Origin: an uncultured Actinomycetota bacterium
Lineage (GTDB): Bacteria; Actinomycetota; Actinomycetes; Mycobacteriales; SCTD01
NCBI GenBank assembly: GCA_963806415.1
Contig: CAWDYD010000005.1
Coordinates: 1,540,287-1,604,286, forward strand
Reading direction: 5' to 3'
DNA: 64,000 nt
Part shown: piece after piece, positions 22,842 to 33,106 of the stretch
Layout: every line of letters starts with the position of its first letter
How positions within the stretch are numbered: position 1 is the stretch's first letter
Made by a program: the position numbers and the translations under genes
The notes under the pieces: generated by a model
The model's input: only the letters and a program-made list of their open reading frames with translations
What the model was told of the DNA's origin: nothing
The model's database searches: none

Positions 22842-24744
22842 GCGGATCCCGGCGCCGGTGCGCGCCGTCCTGACCCCGGCGCTCCCGGTCGCCGGCTGGC
22901 TGATCGCGCTCGCGGTGCTCGCCGCGACACTCGACTCCTACTACCTCGGGCTGGCCGTCGGCATCGGCATCACCGCCCTGCTCGCGCTCGGCCTGGTGCT
23001 GGTCACCGGCCTGGGCGGGCAGTTCTCGCTCGCCCAGGCAGCGTTCTTCGGCATCGGCGCGTACGGCAGCGGGCTGCTGACGGTGAAGGCGGGCCTGCCG
23101 GCCGGGCTGGCCCTGATCGCCAGCGCCGGCGCCGCGACGGCCGTCGCGTACCTGATCGGCAAGCCCATCTTCCGGCTGCACGGGCACTTCCTGGCGATGG
23201 GGACGCTCGCGCTGACCGAGATCTTCTTCGTGCTCGTCGGCAACCTCAAGGTCACCGGCGGTGGCGGCGGCTTCGGCGGCATCGTGCCGCTGTCGGTGCT
23301 CGGGGTCGACTTCGCCTCGCTGACCGCACAGCTGTGGCTGGTCGGCGTCCTCCTCGGCGCCGGGATGTGGGCGGTGCACAACATCAAGCGCAGCCGGGAG
23401 GGCCGGGCGCTGCGGGCGCTGCGCAGCCACGAGGCCGCCGCCGCCTCCTGCGGCGTGAACGTGTCGTGGTCCAAGACCCGGGTCTTCGCCGGCTCCGCCT
23501 TCCTCGGCAGCATCGCCGGCTCGATCTACGCCCATCAGCTGCTGTACGTGAGCCCCGCGCCGTTCGGCCCGCTGCGCTCCATCGACGTGCTGGCCGCGGT
23601 GGTGCTCGGCGGGCTGCTGTCGCCGTGGGGACCGCTGGTCGGGGCGGTCAGCTTCGAGGTGATCCGGCAGGGCGTCGACCGGTGGCTGCCGAGCCTGCTC
23701 GGCGAGCGCGCCGTCGGCGCCGGCGGCAGCCTGGTCTTCGGCCTGATCCTGGTGCTGGTCCTCGTGCTGCGGCCCGACGGGCTGGCCGGGGTGTTCGGTG
23801 CGCTGCAGCGCACGGCCCTGCGGTCGCCCGCCCTGCGTCAGCTGACCGCCCGGCTCGCCCCGCCGACGAGGGCGCCGGACCGGGCGCCGGCCGCCGAGGC
23901 CGGCCGGGTCACCGGCCCGGGCGACCGGGTGGTGCTGGAGGCGACCGGGCTGACGAAGACCTTCGGCGGTGTGCACGCCCTGGCCGAGGTCGACCTGGTG
24001 CTGCACGAGCACGAGATCCTCGCCGTGATCGGGCCGAACGGCGCCGGCAAGTCGACGCTGATGAACGTGCTGTCGGGCAACCTGCCGCCGACCGCCGGGC
24101 GGGTGCACCTCGGCGGCAAGGACGTCACGACCGCGCCGGCGCACGTCGTCTCGGCGGGCGGCCTGGCCCGGACCTTCCAGACGCCGAGCCTGTTCGCGGG
24201 CATGCCGACCCGGGAGAACGTGCTGGTCGGGTCCTACCTCGGCGGGCGGACCGGCATGGTGCGGGCCGCGCTGCCCACGCCCGGGGCGCTGCGCGAGGAG
24301 CGCCGGCTCGGTGCGCGGGCCGACCAGATCCTGGCCGACCTGGGGCTCGCCCACCTGTCCGGGACGCTCGCCACCGAGCTGTCCCTGGGCCAGCAGAAGC
24401 TCGTCGAGGTGGCCCGGGCGCTGGCCCACGAGCCCTCGGTGCTGCTGCTCGACGAGCCCGGCGCCGGCCTGAACCGGGTGGAGAAGCTGGCGCTCGCCTC
24501 GACCCTGCGCGAGCTGCGGTCCCGCGGCATCTCCCTGCTGCTCATCGAGCACGACATGGAGTTCGTGATGAGCCTGGCCGACCGGGTGCACGTCCTGGAC
24601 TTCGGGCGCACCCTGCTGGTCGGCAGCCCGGCCGTGGTGCAGGCCGACGAGAACGTGATCGCCGCGTACCTCGGGACGCCGCACGAGGTGCCCGGCGGCA
24701 ACCCCGACGACCTCGAGGAGGCGCTCGTCCATGGCAGCTCTTGA
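22834..24744 (+). CDS. fused LivM-like permease / LivG-like ATP-binding protein
   Basis: A single uninterrupted 636-aa ORF. The N-terminal half is the permease (LVLVTGLGGQFSLAQAAFFGIGAYG). The C-terminal half is the ABC ATPase (GPNGAGKSTL, LSLGQQKLVEVARAL, LLLDEPGAGL). Confidence 0.88.
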   Translation: MSERIPAPVRAVLTPALPVAGWLIALAVLAATLDSYYLGLAVGIGITALLALGLVLVTGLGGQFSLAQAAFFGIGAYGSGLLTVKAGLPAGLALIASAGAATAVAYLIGKPIFRLHGHFLAMGTLALTEIFFVLVGNLKVTGGGGGFGGIVPLSVLGVDFASLTAQLWLVGVLLGAGMWAVHNIKRSREGRALRALRSHEAAAASCGVNVSWSKTRVFAGSAFLGSIAGSIYAHQLLYVSPAPFGPLRSIDVLAAVVLGGLLSPWGPLVGAVSFEVIRQGVDRWLPSLLGERAVGAGGSLVFGLILVLVLVLRPDGLAGVFGALQRTALRSPALRQLTARLAPPTRAPDRAPAAEAGRVTGPGDRVVLEATGLTKTFGGVHALAEVDLVLHEHEILAVIGPNGAGKSTLMNVLSGNLPPTAGRVHLGGKDVTTAPAHVVSAGGLARTFQTPSLFAGMPTRENVLVGSYLGGRTGMVRAALPTPGALREERRLGARADQILADLGLAHLSGTLATELSLGQQKLVEVARALAHEPSVLLLDEPGAGLNRVEKLALASTLRELRSRGISLLLIEHDMEFVMSLADRVHVLDFGRTLLVGSPAVVQADENVIAAYLGTPHEVPGGNPDDLEEALVHGSS

Positions 24745-25471
24745 GGTCACCGGTCTGGGCTACAGCTACGGCCGGGCCCGGGTGCTCGAAGGCGTCGACC
24801 TGCACGTCGAGGAGGGCGAGATCGTCACCCTGCTCGGGCCGAACGGCGCCGGCAAGAGCACGCTGCTCAACGTCCTGTCCCGGGCGCACCGGCTGCGCGA
24901 GGGTCGGGTGGTGCTGTTCGGGACCGACACCACCGGGGACAGCCAGGCCGACCTGGTCCGGCAGGGCTGCCTGCTGGTCCCCGAGGGGCGGCAGGTGTTC
25001 CCGTCGCTCACCGTCGAGGACAACCTCGTGCTCGGGCGGTACGTCCGGCGCCGCGAGCCGGGTGCGCGCCAGGAGCTGCAGCGGGTGTACGAGCTGTTCC
25101 CCCGGCTGCTGGAGCGGGCCAAGCAGCTCGCCGGCACGCTGTCCGGCGGGGAGCAGCAGATGCTCGCGATCGGTCGGGCACTGATGGGCAAGCCGCGGCT
25201 GATGCTGCTCGACGAGCCCAGCCTCGGGCTGTCGCCGCAGATGGTCCAGCGCATCATGGGTGCGCTCGCGACGCTGCGCGACGGCGGCCTGACGATCGTG
25301 CTCGTCGAGCAGAACGCGCACGCCGCGCTGCAGCTGGCTGACCGCGGCTACCTGATGCAGAACGGCCGGGTGATCACCTCGGGCACGTCCGCCGAGCTGC
25401 GGGACGACCCGGCCGTGCAGCACGTGTACCTCGGCGCCGCACCGGAGCCGGCTCCCGCGGCCGACACCTGA
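24731..25471 (+). CDS. livF: branched-chain amino acid ABC transporter ATP-binding protein (LivF-like)
   Basis: ATG 24731, 246 aa. Motifs: GPNGAGKSTL, LSGGEQQMLAIGRAL, LLDEPSLGL. Confidence 0.9.
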   Translation: MAALEVTGLGYSYGRARVLEGVDLHVEEGEIVTLLGPNGAGKSTLLNVLSRAHRLREGRVVLFGTDTTGDSQADLVRQGCLLVPEGRQVFPSLTVEDNLVLGRYVRRREPGARQELQRVYELFPRLLERAKQLAGTLSGGEQQMLAIGRALMGKPRLMLLDEPSLGLSPQMVQRIMGALATLRDGGLTIVLVEQNAHAALQLADRGYLMQNGRVITSGTSAELRDDPAVQHVYLGAAPEPAPAADT

Positions 25472-25544
25472 GAGCCCCGAGGGGGCTGTTCGGGGGGCGC
25501 TGGGAGTCCTACGGTGCAGGCCCCGCACCCGAAGGAGAAGGCAG

Positions 25545-26444
25545 ATGGCTCGTCGCGATCTCGAGTTCGACGCCGAGGGCGTGACCCTGCGCGGCTGGTT
25601 CTACCCCGCCGAGGGCGTGGCGACCTCGGCACCGACGGTGGTCCTGGCGCACGGCTTCTCGGCCGTCAAGGAGATGTACCTCGACGACTACGCCGAGGTC
25701 TTCGCCGCCGCCGGGCTGAACGCGCTGGTCTTCGACAACCGCAACTTCGGGGCCAGCGACGGCGAGCCGCGCCAGGAGATCGACCCGTGGGCGCAGGTCC
25801 GGGACTACCGGCACGCCATCACCTACGCCGGCACGCTGCCCGAGGTCGACGCCTCGCGGATCGGCGTGTGGGGCAGCAGCTACTCCGGCGGCCACGTCCT
25901 GGTCGTCGCCGCGATCGACCGGCGGGTCAAGGCCGTCGTCAGCCAGGTGCCGCTGGTCAGCGGGCACGACAACCTGCGGGCGCTGGTGCGCGCCGACCTG
26001 ATCGCCGGCTTCCGGGAGATGTTCGACGCCGACCGGGCGGCCCGCTTCTCCGGCTCGGCGCCGATGACGGTGCCGGTGGTCGCGGAGGACCCGGCCGCCG
26101 CGTCCGCGCTGCCGACCGCCGACTCCTGGCAGTGGTTCACCGAGACCGCCGCCAACCGGGCGCCGTCCTGGCGCAACGAGGTGACGCTGCGCAGCGTCGA
26201 GATGTTCACCGAGTACGAGCCCGGTTCCTACCTGCCGTACATCAGCCCGACCCCGCTGCTGATGCTGCCCGCGGCCGGCGACCACCTCACGCCGTCCGAG
26301 CTCGCCATCGCGGCGTTCGACCGGGCGCACGAGCCGAAGCGTCTGCAGATCCTGCCCGGCGGCCACTTCGACGCCTACGTCAAGGGTGCGTCGATCTCGC
26401 AGGCCGCGGCGCGGGACTGGTTCGTGGAGCACCTGGCCCCCTGA
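25545..26444 (+). CDS. alpha/beta hydrolase
   Basis: ATG 25545 follows gaaggagaagg. It is 299 aa with nucleophile elbow GVWGSSYSGGH and is the last gene of the ABC importer block. Confidence 0.8.
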   Translation: MARRDLEFDAEGVTLRGWFYPAEGVATSAPTVVLAHGFSAVKEMYLDDYAEVFAAAGLNALVFDNRNFGASDGEPRQEIDPWAQVRDYRHAITYAGTLPEVDASRIGVWGSSYSGGHVLVVAAIDRRVKAVVSQVPLVSGHDNLRALVRADLIAGFREMFDADRAARFSGSAPMTVPVVAEDPAAASALPTADSWQWFTETAANRAPSWRNEVTLRSVEMFTEYEPGSYLPYISPTPLLMLPAAGDHLTPSELAIAAFDRAHEPKRLQILPGGHFDAYVKGASISQAAARDWFVEHLAP

Positions 26445-26450
26445 CCCCTC

Positions 26451-28593
26451 TCAGACGACCTCGACCTCGACGCGGGTGTCGGAGAACGTGGGCGCGTTGC
26501 CGAGGTCGGAGAACGCGAACGCGGTGACGGCGTTCACCGTCGCGTCGCCCCTGGCGTTCTTCGGCCACGTGCCCATCGGCGACAGGGCCACGCCCTGCGC
26601 GATCTCGTCGCTGATCTCGGCGAGCGCGACGTACGAGCCGCGGTCGTTGAAGACCCGGACGTACGCACCCGAGGTGACCCCCCGCTCGTCGGCGTCCCGG
26701 GGATGCAGGATCACCGTCTGCTCACCCTGCACGCGCCGCTGGTGCGGCTGGTCGCCGGCGCTGGAGTTGAGGTAGCCGTGCGACTTGGGTGACACCAGGC
26801 TGAGCCGGTAGCCGCCGTCGGCCGTCTCCCGCGGCGGGACGTAGTGCGGCAGCGGGTCGACGACGCCGCCGGGCTGGAACTCGTTGCTCCCCTGCCGGAA
26901 CAGCGGCACCACGAAGTTGCCGACCGCCTCGGCCACCGAGGAGCGGAACTCGGTCTTGCCCGACGGTGTCGGGAAGCCGCCCTCGGCGTGCGGGGCGTAC
27001 TCGTCCGGGCCGGGCAGGTTCAGCCGTGCCCAGCCGGTCTCGCGCAGCGAGTCGAGGGTGATGCCCTGCATCGCGGGCGCCGCCCAGTCGAACGCCTCGG
27101 CCATCATCTCCTCGTCGGTGCGCGAGAAGCACGGGTCCGTCAGGCCCAGGCGCGCCGCGAGCCGGCGGAACAGCTCGGTGTTGGAGACCGCCTCGCCCAG
27201 CGGGGCGATGGCCGGGGTGTTCAGCGAGACGTAGAAGTGCCCCCAGCTGAACATGATGTCGTGCTGCTCGAGCTGGGTGGTGGCGGGCAGGACGAGGTCG
27301 GCGTAGCGCGCCGTGTCGGTCAGCACGTGGTCGCTGACCACGGTGAACAGGTCCTCGCGGGCCAGCCCGGCGGCGACCTTGTCCTGCTCGGGGCAGACCA
27401 CCAGCGGGTTGGAGTTGTAGACCATCAGCGCGTTGATCGGCGGGTCGAGCGCCAGCTCGCCGGTCAGCGCCTGCCCGAGCAGGTACTGGTTGACCACCCG
27501 GGTGCCGGGCGTCGCGAGCTCGGGGTGCATCAGGGCGCCCCAGTTCACCGGGAACGCCCACAGCGGGAGCTGCAGCAGGCCACCGCCGACGCTGCGCCAG
27601 GCGCCCACCAGGGCGGGCAGGCAGGCGATCGAGCGCACCGTCTGCCCTCCGCCGGCGTGCCGCTCGATGGCCACGCCGATCCGGATCATCGACGGTCCGG
27701 AGGTCGCGTACTCCCGGGCCAGGGTCCTGATGTCCTCGGCCGGGATCCCGGTCTGCTCCGACGCCCACTCCGGGGTGTGCTCCTGCACCCGCGCGACGAG
27801 CTCGTCGTAGCCCACCGTGTGGTCGCGGACGTACGCCTCGTCCGTCAGACCCTCGTTGATGATGACGTGCATCAGGGCGAGCGCGAGCGCGCCGTCGGTC
27901 CCCGGCCGGATCGGGATGTGCCAGTCGGCGAGCTTGGCGGTGCGGTGCCGCATCGGGTCGATCACCACCACCTTGGCGCCGCGTCGCTGGGCCTCCGCGA
28001 CGAACGGCCACAGGTGCAGGTTCGTCGACACCATGTTGCAGGCCCAGATGAGGATGTACCGGGAGTGCACGAGGCTCTCCGGGTCGACGCCGGCGGTCGC
28101 GCCGATCGTCATCGTGTACGCCGTGCAGGCGCCGGAGTCGCAGTACGTCCGCTCGGCGATCGTCGCCCCGAGCTTGTTGAAGAACGGGTCCCCGACGTTG
28201 AGCCCGTTCAGGATGCCCTCGCGTGCCCAGGTAGCTCACCGGCATGATCGACTCGGGGCCGTGGGTGTCGATCGTCGCCCGGAAGCGGTCGGCGATCTCG
28301 TCGAGCGCGGCGTCCCAGCTGATCCGTTCGAACTCGCCGCTGCCCTTGGGGCCGGTGCGACGCATCGGGTACAGCACACGGTCGGGGTTGTAGACCTTGT
28401 CGGGGTAGTTGTTGACCTTGACGCAGAGCCCGCCGCGGGTGAACGGGTGGTCGGGGTCGCCGCGTACCTCGACGGCCCTGCCGTCGACCACGGTCACGAG
28501 CATCGCGCAGGTGTCCGGGCAGTCGTGCGGGCACGCGGCCCGCACGGTCGTCGCGGAGACGTCGGTGACAGGCAGGTCCTCGATCGCGGTCAT
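26451..28593 (-). pseudogene. molybdopterin-dependent oxidoreductase (DMSO reductase superfamily), one frameshift
   Basis: ATG 28593. The N-terminal 4Fe-4S motif is CPHDCPDTCAMLV. The sequence ...IMPVSYLGT is followed, after a switch at ~28225, by EGILNGLNVGDPFFNKLGATIAERTYCDSGACTAYTMTIGATAG... running to stop 26451. The 2143-nt length is not a multiple of 3. Confidence 0.85.
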
Positions 28594-28724
28594 GGCCGCA
28601 GCCTGCGGCCCGGGGCCGTCGCCGGGTCGGCGCTGGGTGACGAGTGTGTTGTCCCCGAGCGACACGTTGACGCCGGCTGCGGCCGGCTCCTACCCTCGGC
28701 CGACCCCGAGCAGCCGAGGCGCAC

Positions 28725-29606
28725 ATGGGCTCGCCCGCCACGACCGACCCAGGCGCGTCGTCCGCCGCCCCGGTCGGCAGCAGCGAGCTGGGGCACCTGA
28801 CGATCGCGTCGGTCCGGTCCGGTGCGCAGGACTGCCACCGCATCCCCGGTCTCGCCCGTCGCGACGCGAGCGCCTCCCTGCAGGTCGGGCTGCTCACCCG
28901 GGGGGCGGCGACGCTCGTCCAGGACGGGCGCGTGGCGGCGCTGCGGCCCGGGGACTTCGCCGTCTACGAGACCGAGCGCCCGTTCGTCTGGGCCCTGCAG
29001 GGCGGGTGGGAGCTGCTGGTCCTCGGCTGGCCGCGGGCCGGCGTCGCCCTGGACCGCGCGACGTCGCAGCAGCTGACGGCACGCGCGCTGGGCGGGGTCG
29101 GCCTGGGCGCGATCGTCGGGCGGATGCTGCGCGACCTCGTCGCGGATCCGCCCCTGCTGAGCCCGGCCGGCGGTGTGCGGCTGGCCGACGAGCTGGCCGA
29201 GCTGGTCCTGCTGGTCGCGGCCGAGCGGATCCGGCCCGCCGCGCCGGCCCGCGCCTCGGACGGCCTGCTGCGCAGGATCGACGCGCACATCCTCGAGCAC
29301 CTCGCCGATCCCGGCCTCACCCCGACGAGCATCGCGGCGGCGCACTACGTGTCCACCCGGCACCTGCACCGCCTGTTCACCCAGCGCGGCAGCACGGTGG
29401 CCTCGCACGTGCAGCGCCTGCGGCTGGAGCGCTGCCGCCACGAGATGCTCGACCCGGGCGCTCCCCGCTCGATCACCGACATCGCCCGGCGCTGGGGGTT
29501 CCCCGACCTCCCGACCTTCAGCCGGGCCTTCCGCTGCGCGTACGGCATGGCGCCGAGCACGTGGCGGGCCTGCCGGCGGCCGGGCGCCGAGCGACCGGAC
29601 GATTGA
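28725..29606 (+). CDS. AraC family transcriptional regulator
   Basis: The C-terminal HTH pair is IAAAHYVSTRHLHRLF and ITDIARRWGFPDLPTFSRAFRCAYGMAPSTWR. It is divergent from the Mo-oxidoreductase. The start is not certain. Confidence 0.85.
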   Translation: MGSPATTDPGASSAAPVGSSELGHLTIASVRSGAQDCHRIPGLARRDASASLQVGLLTRGAATLVQDGRVAALRPGDFAVYETERPFVWALQGGWELLVLGWPRAGVALDRATSQQLTARALGGVGLGAIVGRMLRDLVADPPLLSPAGGVRLADELAELVLLVAAERIRPAAPARASDGLLRRIDAHILEHLADPGLTPTSIAAAHYVSTRHLHRLFTQRGSTVASHVQRLRLERCRHEMLDPGAPRSITDIARRWGFPDLPTFSRAFRCAYGMAPSTWRACRRPGAERPDD

Positions 29607-29666
29607 CCCCTCCCGGGGGCGGGCTCATGATCGCCGCACCTGGCGCGACGACCCCAAGGAGCGACC

Positions 29667-30554
29667 ATCAGCACCACAGACACCGTTTCCGTGCCCCACC
29701 TCGGCGGTTCGACCGTCGGTTACCGGTTCGGCAAGGCCTACGACGCCTCGCTCCCGACGCTGGTCCTGGTCAACTCGTTCAGCACCTCGGTCGAGCTGTA
29801 CCGCCCGCAGTTCGACTCCGCCGAGCTGAGCGACACCGCGAACCTGCTCGCTCTCGAGCTGTACGGCCACGGCCAGACCCGCGCGACGTACGAGCAGTTC
29901 ACCTACTGGGACAGCGCGATCGCCAACCTGCAGGTCCTGGAGGCGCTGGGGATCCCGAAGGCGTTCGTCCTGGGCACCTCGCAGGGCGGCTGGGTGGCGG
30001 CTCGGATGGCGATGCTCGCTCCCGGCGTCGTCCAGGGCATCGTCCCGCTCGGCACCTCGATGGACTTCGAGAGCCAGCGCAGCCGCGACCTGGGCTGCTG
30101 GGACGGCATCGAGTTCTGCACCCCGTCCATCGACGGGCTCGCGGCGGACGTCGGGGACGACTGGGTGGTGCCGACCGAGTTCGTCGACGCGGTGCTCGAG
30201 GCCGGTCTCGGCGCGAACGTCTCGCCCGACGAACGGGCGTTCTGGCACGCCACGTACCAGCAGAACTACACCGGCAACGACGGGCGGCACCGGCTCCGGG
30301 TCAGCACGATCAACCTGCGCGACCGGGACGGCCTGCACGCCCGGCTGGCCGGCGTGCGGTGCCCCGTCCTGTGGATGCACGGCACCGACGACCAGGTCTA
30401 CTCGGTGCGCAACGCCGAGGAAGAGATTCAGATGTTCGTCAGCTCCGCGAACGCCGAGCTCCGGGTCGTCGAGGGCGGGCAGCACTTCCTCAGCGCCTCG
30501 GACCCGGACGCGGTCAACACCGCGACGGCCGACTTCCTGCGCCGCACGGCGTAG
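29667..30554 (+). CDS. alpha/beta hydrolase
   Basis: The core is LVLVNSFSTS...LGTSQGGWVAARMA (nucleophile elbow)...WMHGTDD. The ORF track starts at GTG 29691. AAGGAG (29656-61) followed by a 5-nt spacer points to an in-frame ATC at 29667. Confidence 0.8.
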   Translation: MSTTDTVSVPHLGGSTVGYRFGKAYDASLPTLVLVNSFSTSVELYRPQFDSAELSDTANLLALELYGHGQTRATYEQFTYWDSAIANLQVLEALGIPKAFVLGTSQGGWVAARMAMLAPGVVQGIVPLGTSMDFESQRSRDLGCWDGIEFCTPSIDGLAADVGDDWVVPTEFVDAVLEAGLGANVSPDERAFWHATYQQNYTGNDGRHRLRVSTINLRDRDGLHARLAGVRCPVLWMHGTDDQVYSVRNAEEEIQMFVSSANAELRVVEGGQHFLSASDPDAVNTATADFLRRTA

Positions 30555-30563
30555 CCGCTCTCG

Positions 30564-30595
30564 CCGCCGGCCTCTCCGTGGGGGGAGGCCGGCGG
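30564..30595. terminator. bidirectional hairpin between convergent genes
   Basis: ccgccggcctc (30564-74) and gaggccggcgg (30585-95) are perfect 11-nt complements with a 10-nt loop. The hairpin lies between the hydrolase stop (30554) and the small ORF stop (30602). Confidence 0.45.
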
Positions 30596-30601
30596 GGGGC
30601 G

Positions 30602-30730
30602 CTACTTCTTGCCCTTGGCCGTGCTGGCGCTGACCACCCCGCTGCCGGCGGCGGGCGTCTGCCCGCTGACCTTGATGTTCTTCTCGGCCTTGGGCTTCTT
30701 GGCGGCTCGGCCGCCCTTGTCCTTGCTCAT
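30602..30730 (-). CDS. small Lys-rich hypothetical protein (42 aa), absent from the ORF track
   Basis: The reverse strand reads ATG...TAG = MSKDKGGRAAKKPKAEKNIKVSGQTPAAGSGVVSASTAKGKK. GGGAG lies 6 nt upstream of the ATG, and the hairpin follows immediately downstream. Confidence 0.55.
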   Translation of the reverse strand: MSKDKGGRAAKKPKAEKNIKVSGQTPAAGSGVVSASTAKGKK

Positions 30731-31078
30731 GGCGCACTCCCGGGCCTGCGGGGCCTCCGGCGGCGCCGGTCCTGCCCCGAGCCGTGCTCCCCGCCCCTGC
30801 GGACGGGTACGGCCACTGTCTCACGCGGGTCGGGTCCCGTCGCCTCCGCGGTCGGGCTGGCACCGGCTCCGGGCCGCGCCCACGCGGTGCGGCGTAGGAG
30901 CGGAGCGCACGAACGTCCGACGCGGGCTTCGACCGGGACGGAGAGATCGCCGCACGCGGCGCGCTTCCCGAGCCGCCGACCCGAGCACGCGGACCGCGGC
31001 GACCGACGCCGGACGACCCGGTGCCCGCTCCCGCCCGGCAACGACACCTCGCAGGCCGGGACAGGAAGGGGACACGCG

Positions 31079-32952
31079 GTGGCACGCCCCGACCTCGACC
31101 AGGCCGTGGACTTCCGCGCGCTGTTCGCGCTGCTGCCGACGCCGTACGTCGTGCTCGACCCCGACCTGCGCATCGTCGCGGCGAACCAGGCGTACCTGTC
31201 GGCCACCGGCCGTCGGCTCGGCGAGCTCCTCGGCCGGCCGTTGTTCACGGCGTTCCCACCGCTGCCGCACAGCGTCGACGAGCCCAGGGGCCTGCCCGTG
31301 GAGCTCGCCTGCGGCGTGCCTGCCTGACCGGCCGCTCCGTGACCTTGCCGGTGTTCCGCTACGACATCGCGGATCCGACGACCGGGCGGATGAACGAGCG
31401 GCACTGGCTGCTGTCCGTCGCGCCCGTGCTGGGCGCCGACGGCACGACGGCGCTGCTCGTCCAGCGCACCGAGGACCTCACCGAGTTCGTCCGCGTCCGC
31501 GACCGTGGCCGGCTCGCCGAGCAGCGGGGCGACGCGTGGCGCGAGCGGTTCGAGCAGGTCGAGGCGGACCTGTTCGGCGCAGGCCCGGGAGCTCGCCGCC
31601 GCGCTGAAGGAGCGCGAGGCGGTGGCGTTGCAGGCCGCGGTGCTCGCGGAGGTGGCCCTGGCCCTGGTCACCGCGGAGACGCTCGAGGACGTCGAGCAGG
31701 AGCTGTTCGCCCGCGGCCTGCCGCCCTCGGTGCCGACGGCGGGGCCCTCGTCACCCGCGGCGACGACGGGACGTGGCGGCTGGCGGTCGGCCCGGCGCCG
31801 GGCGCGCTCGGCCAGGCCGCGTACGGGGTGCTGCCCGCCGACAGCCCGCTGCCCGCCTCCTGGGCGGCCCGGACCGGCCGGCGGCTGCTGCTGCCGACCC
31901 GCGAGTCGGGCCTGGCCTTCCGGCCGGAGATGGCGCAGGTGTACCGGGACACGTCAGCACCGCGGCTGGGCGTTCCTGCCGCTGCGGGTCGGGCCCCGCA
32001 CCCTCGGCTCGCTGGCGGTCGCCTGGAACGACGAGCACCAGTTCACGGCCACCGAGCTGGACCTGCTGGACGGGTTCGCCGGGCAGTGCGCGCAGGCCGT
32101 GCTGCGCATCGAGGCCAAGCACGCCGAACGCACCGCCGTGCTGCAGGTCCGCCGGCTCGCCGAGGAGCTCCAGCACGCCCTGCTCACCCCGCCGCCCGAG
32201 CCGGACCACCTGCAGGTCGTCGTGCGCTACCACGCCGCGTCCGGCGCCGAGGTCGGCGGCGACTGGTACGACGCGTTCCAGCAGCCGGACGGCGCGACGA
32301 TGCTCGTCATCGGCGACGTCGTCGGCCACGACAGCCGGGCGGCGGCAGGGATGGGGCAGCTGCGCGGCGTCCTGCGCACCCTGGCGTACGACGCCGACGG
32401 CACCGACCACGACGGCTGCGCGGCCGTGCTCACCCGCACCGAGCACACCCTCCGCGGGCTGGCCGTCGACGCCCTCGCCACCGCCGTCCTCGCCCGCATC
32501 GAACGCATCCCGGACGTGCCCGTCGCCGGCACCCGCCTGCTCCGCTGGTCGAACGCCGGGCACCTGCCACCCGTCGTCCTGGCCCCGGACGGCAGCAGCC
32601 GGCTGCTCGAGGCCGAGCGTGGACCTGATGCTCGGCGTCGACCCCGGCGCCGCCCGGACCGAGCACACCGTCGAGCTGCCGGTCGGACACACCCTGCTGC
32701 TGTTCACCGACGGGCTCATCGAACGGCGCGGCGAGGACCTCGACGACGGCCTGACCGCGCTGCGGACCGCGCTGACGCGACCTGGGGACCGCCACCCTGG
32801 ACCAGCTCTGCGACACCCTGCTGCAGCGGCTCGTCCCGACCGACGCCGAGGACGACATCGCTCTGGTCGCCGTCCGCGGCTTCCCGGAGGACGAACCGCG
32901 ACCGGCCGAGGCCGGCCCTCACCGGACCGCTGCCAACCAGCCGGACGAGTGA
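31079..32952 (+). pseudogene. PAS-GAF-PP2C (SpoIIE/RsbU-like) sensor phosphatase, about 6 frameshifts
   Basis: GTG 31079 follows ggaagggga. PAS: FRALFALLPTPYVVLDPDLRIVAANQAYL..., SVTLPVFRYDI. GAF: GGALVTRGDDGTWRLAVG..., WAFLPLRVGPRTLGSLAVAW. PP2C: GGDWYDAF...MLVIGDVVGHD..., LLLFTDGLIE. The tail is DIALVAVRGF and the stop is at 32952. The switches are at ~31304, 31575, 31722, 31952, 32620 and 32780. Confidence 0.8.
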
Positions 32953-33106
32953 GCGTCGCGACCGTCCCGGCGTCCGCGGTGCGTCCCGGCCAGCCTGGGC
33001 GCACCTGTGGCAGCCTCGGGCGGTGCACCTGCTCGGCCCATCGGCGGAGGCGAACCGCTTGCTCGTGCACCAGATTGCTCACACCGGACAGGGAAGGCTC
33101 GACGTC

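Noticed and set aside
22834-24744. The LivM-LivG fusion as another assembly artefact.
   Set aside because: Both halves are in one uninterrupted frame with a plausible Pro/Ala-rich linker. No frame hopping is needed, so it is taken as a genuine fused permease-ATPase.
30780-30810. A possible SigB/SigF-type promoter, based on a GGGTAC -10-like element at 30803 upstream of the PAS-GAF-PP2C gene.
   Set aside because: There is no convincing GNNT/GTTT-type -35 element at 14-17 nt. A GGGTAC hexamer alone is expected by chance in this composition.
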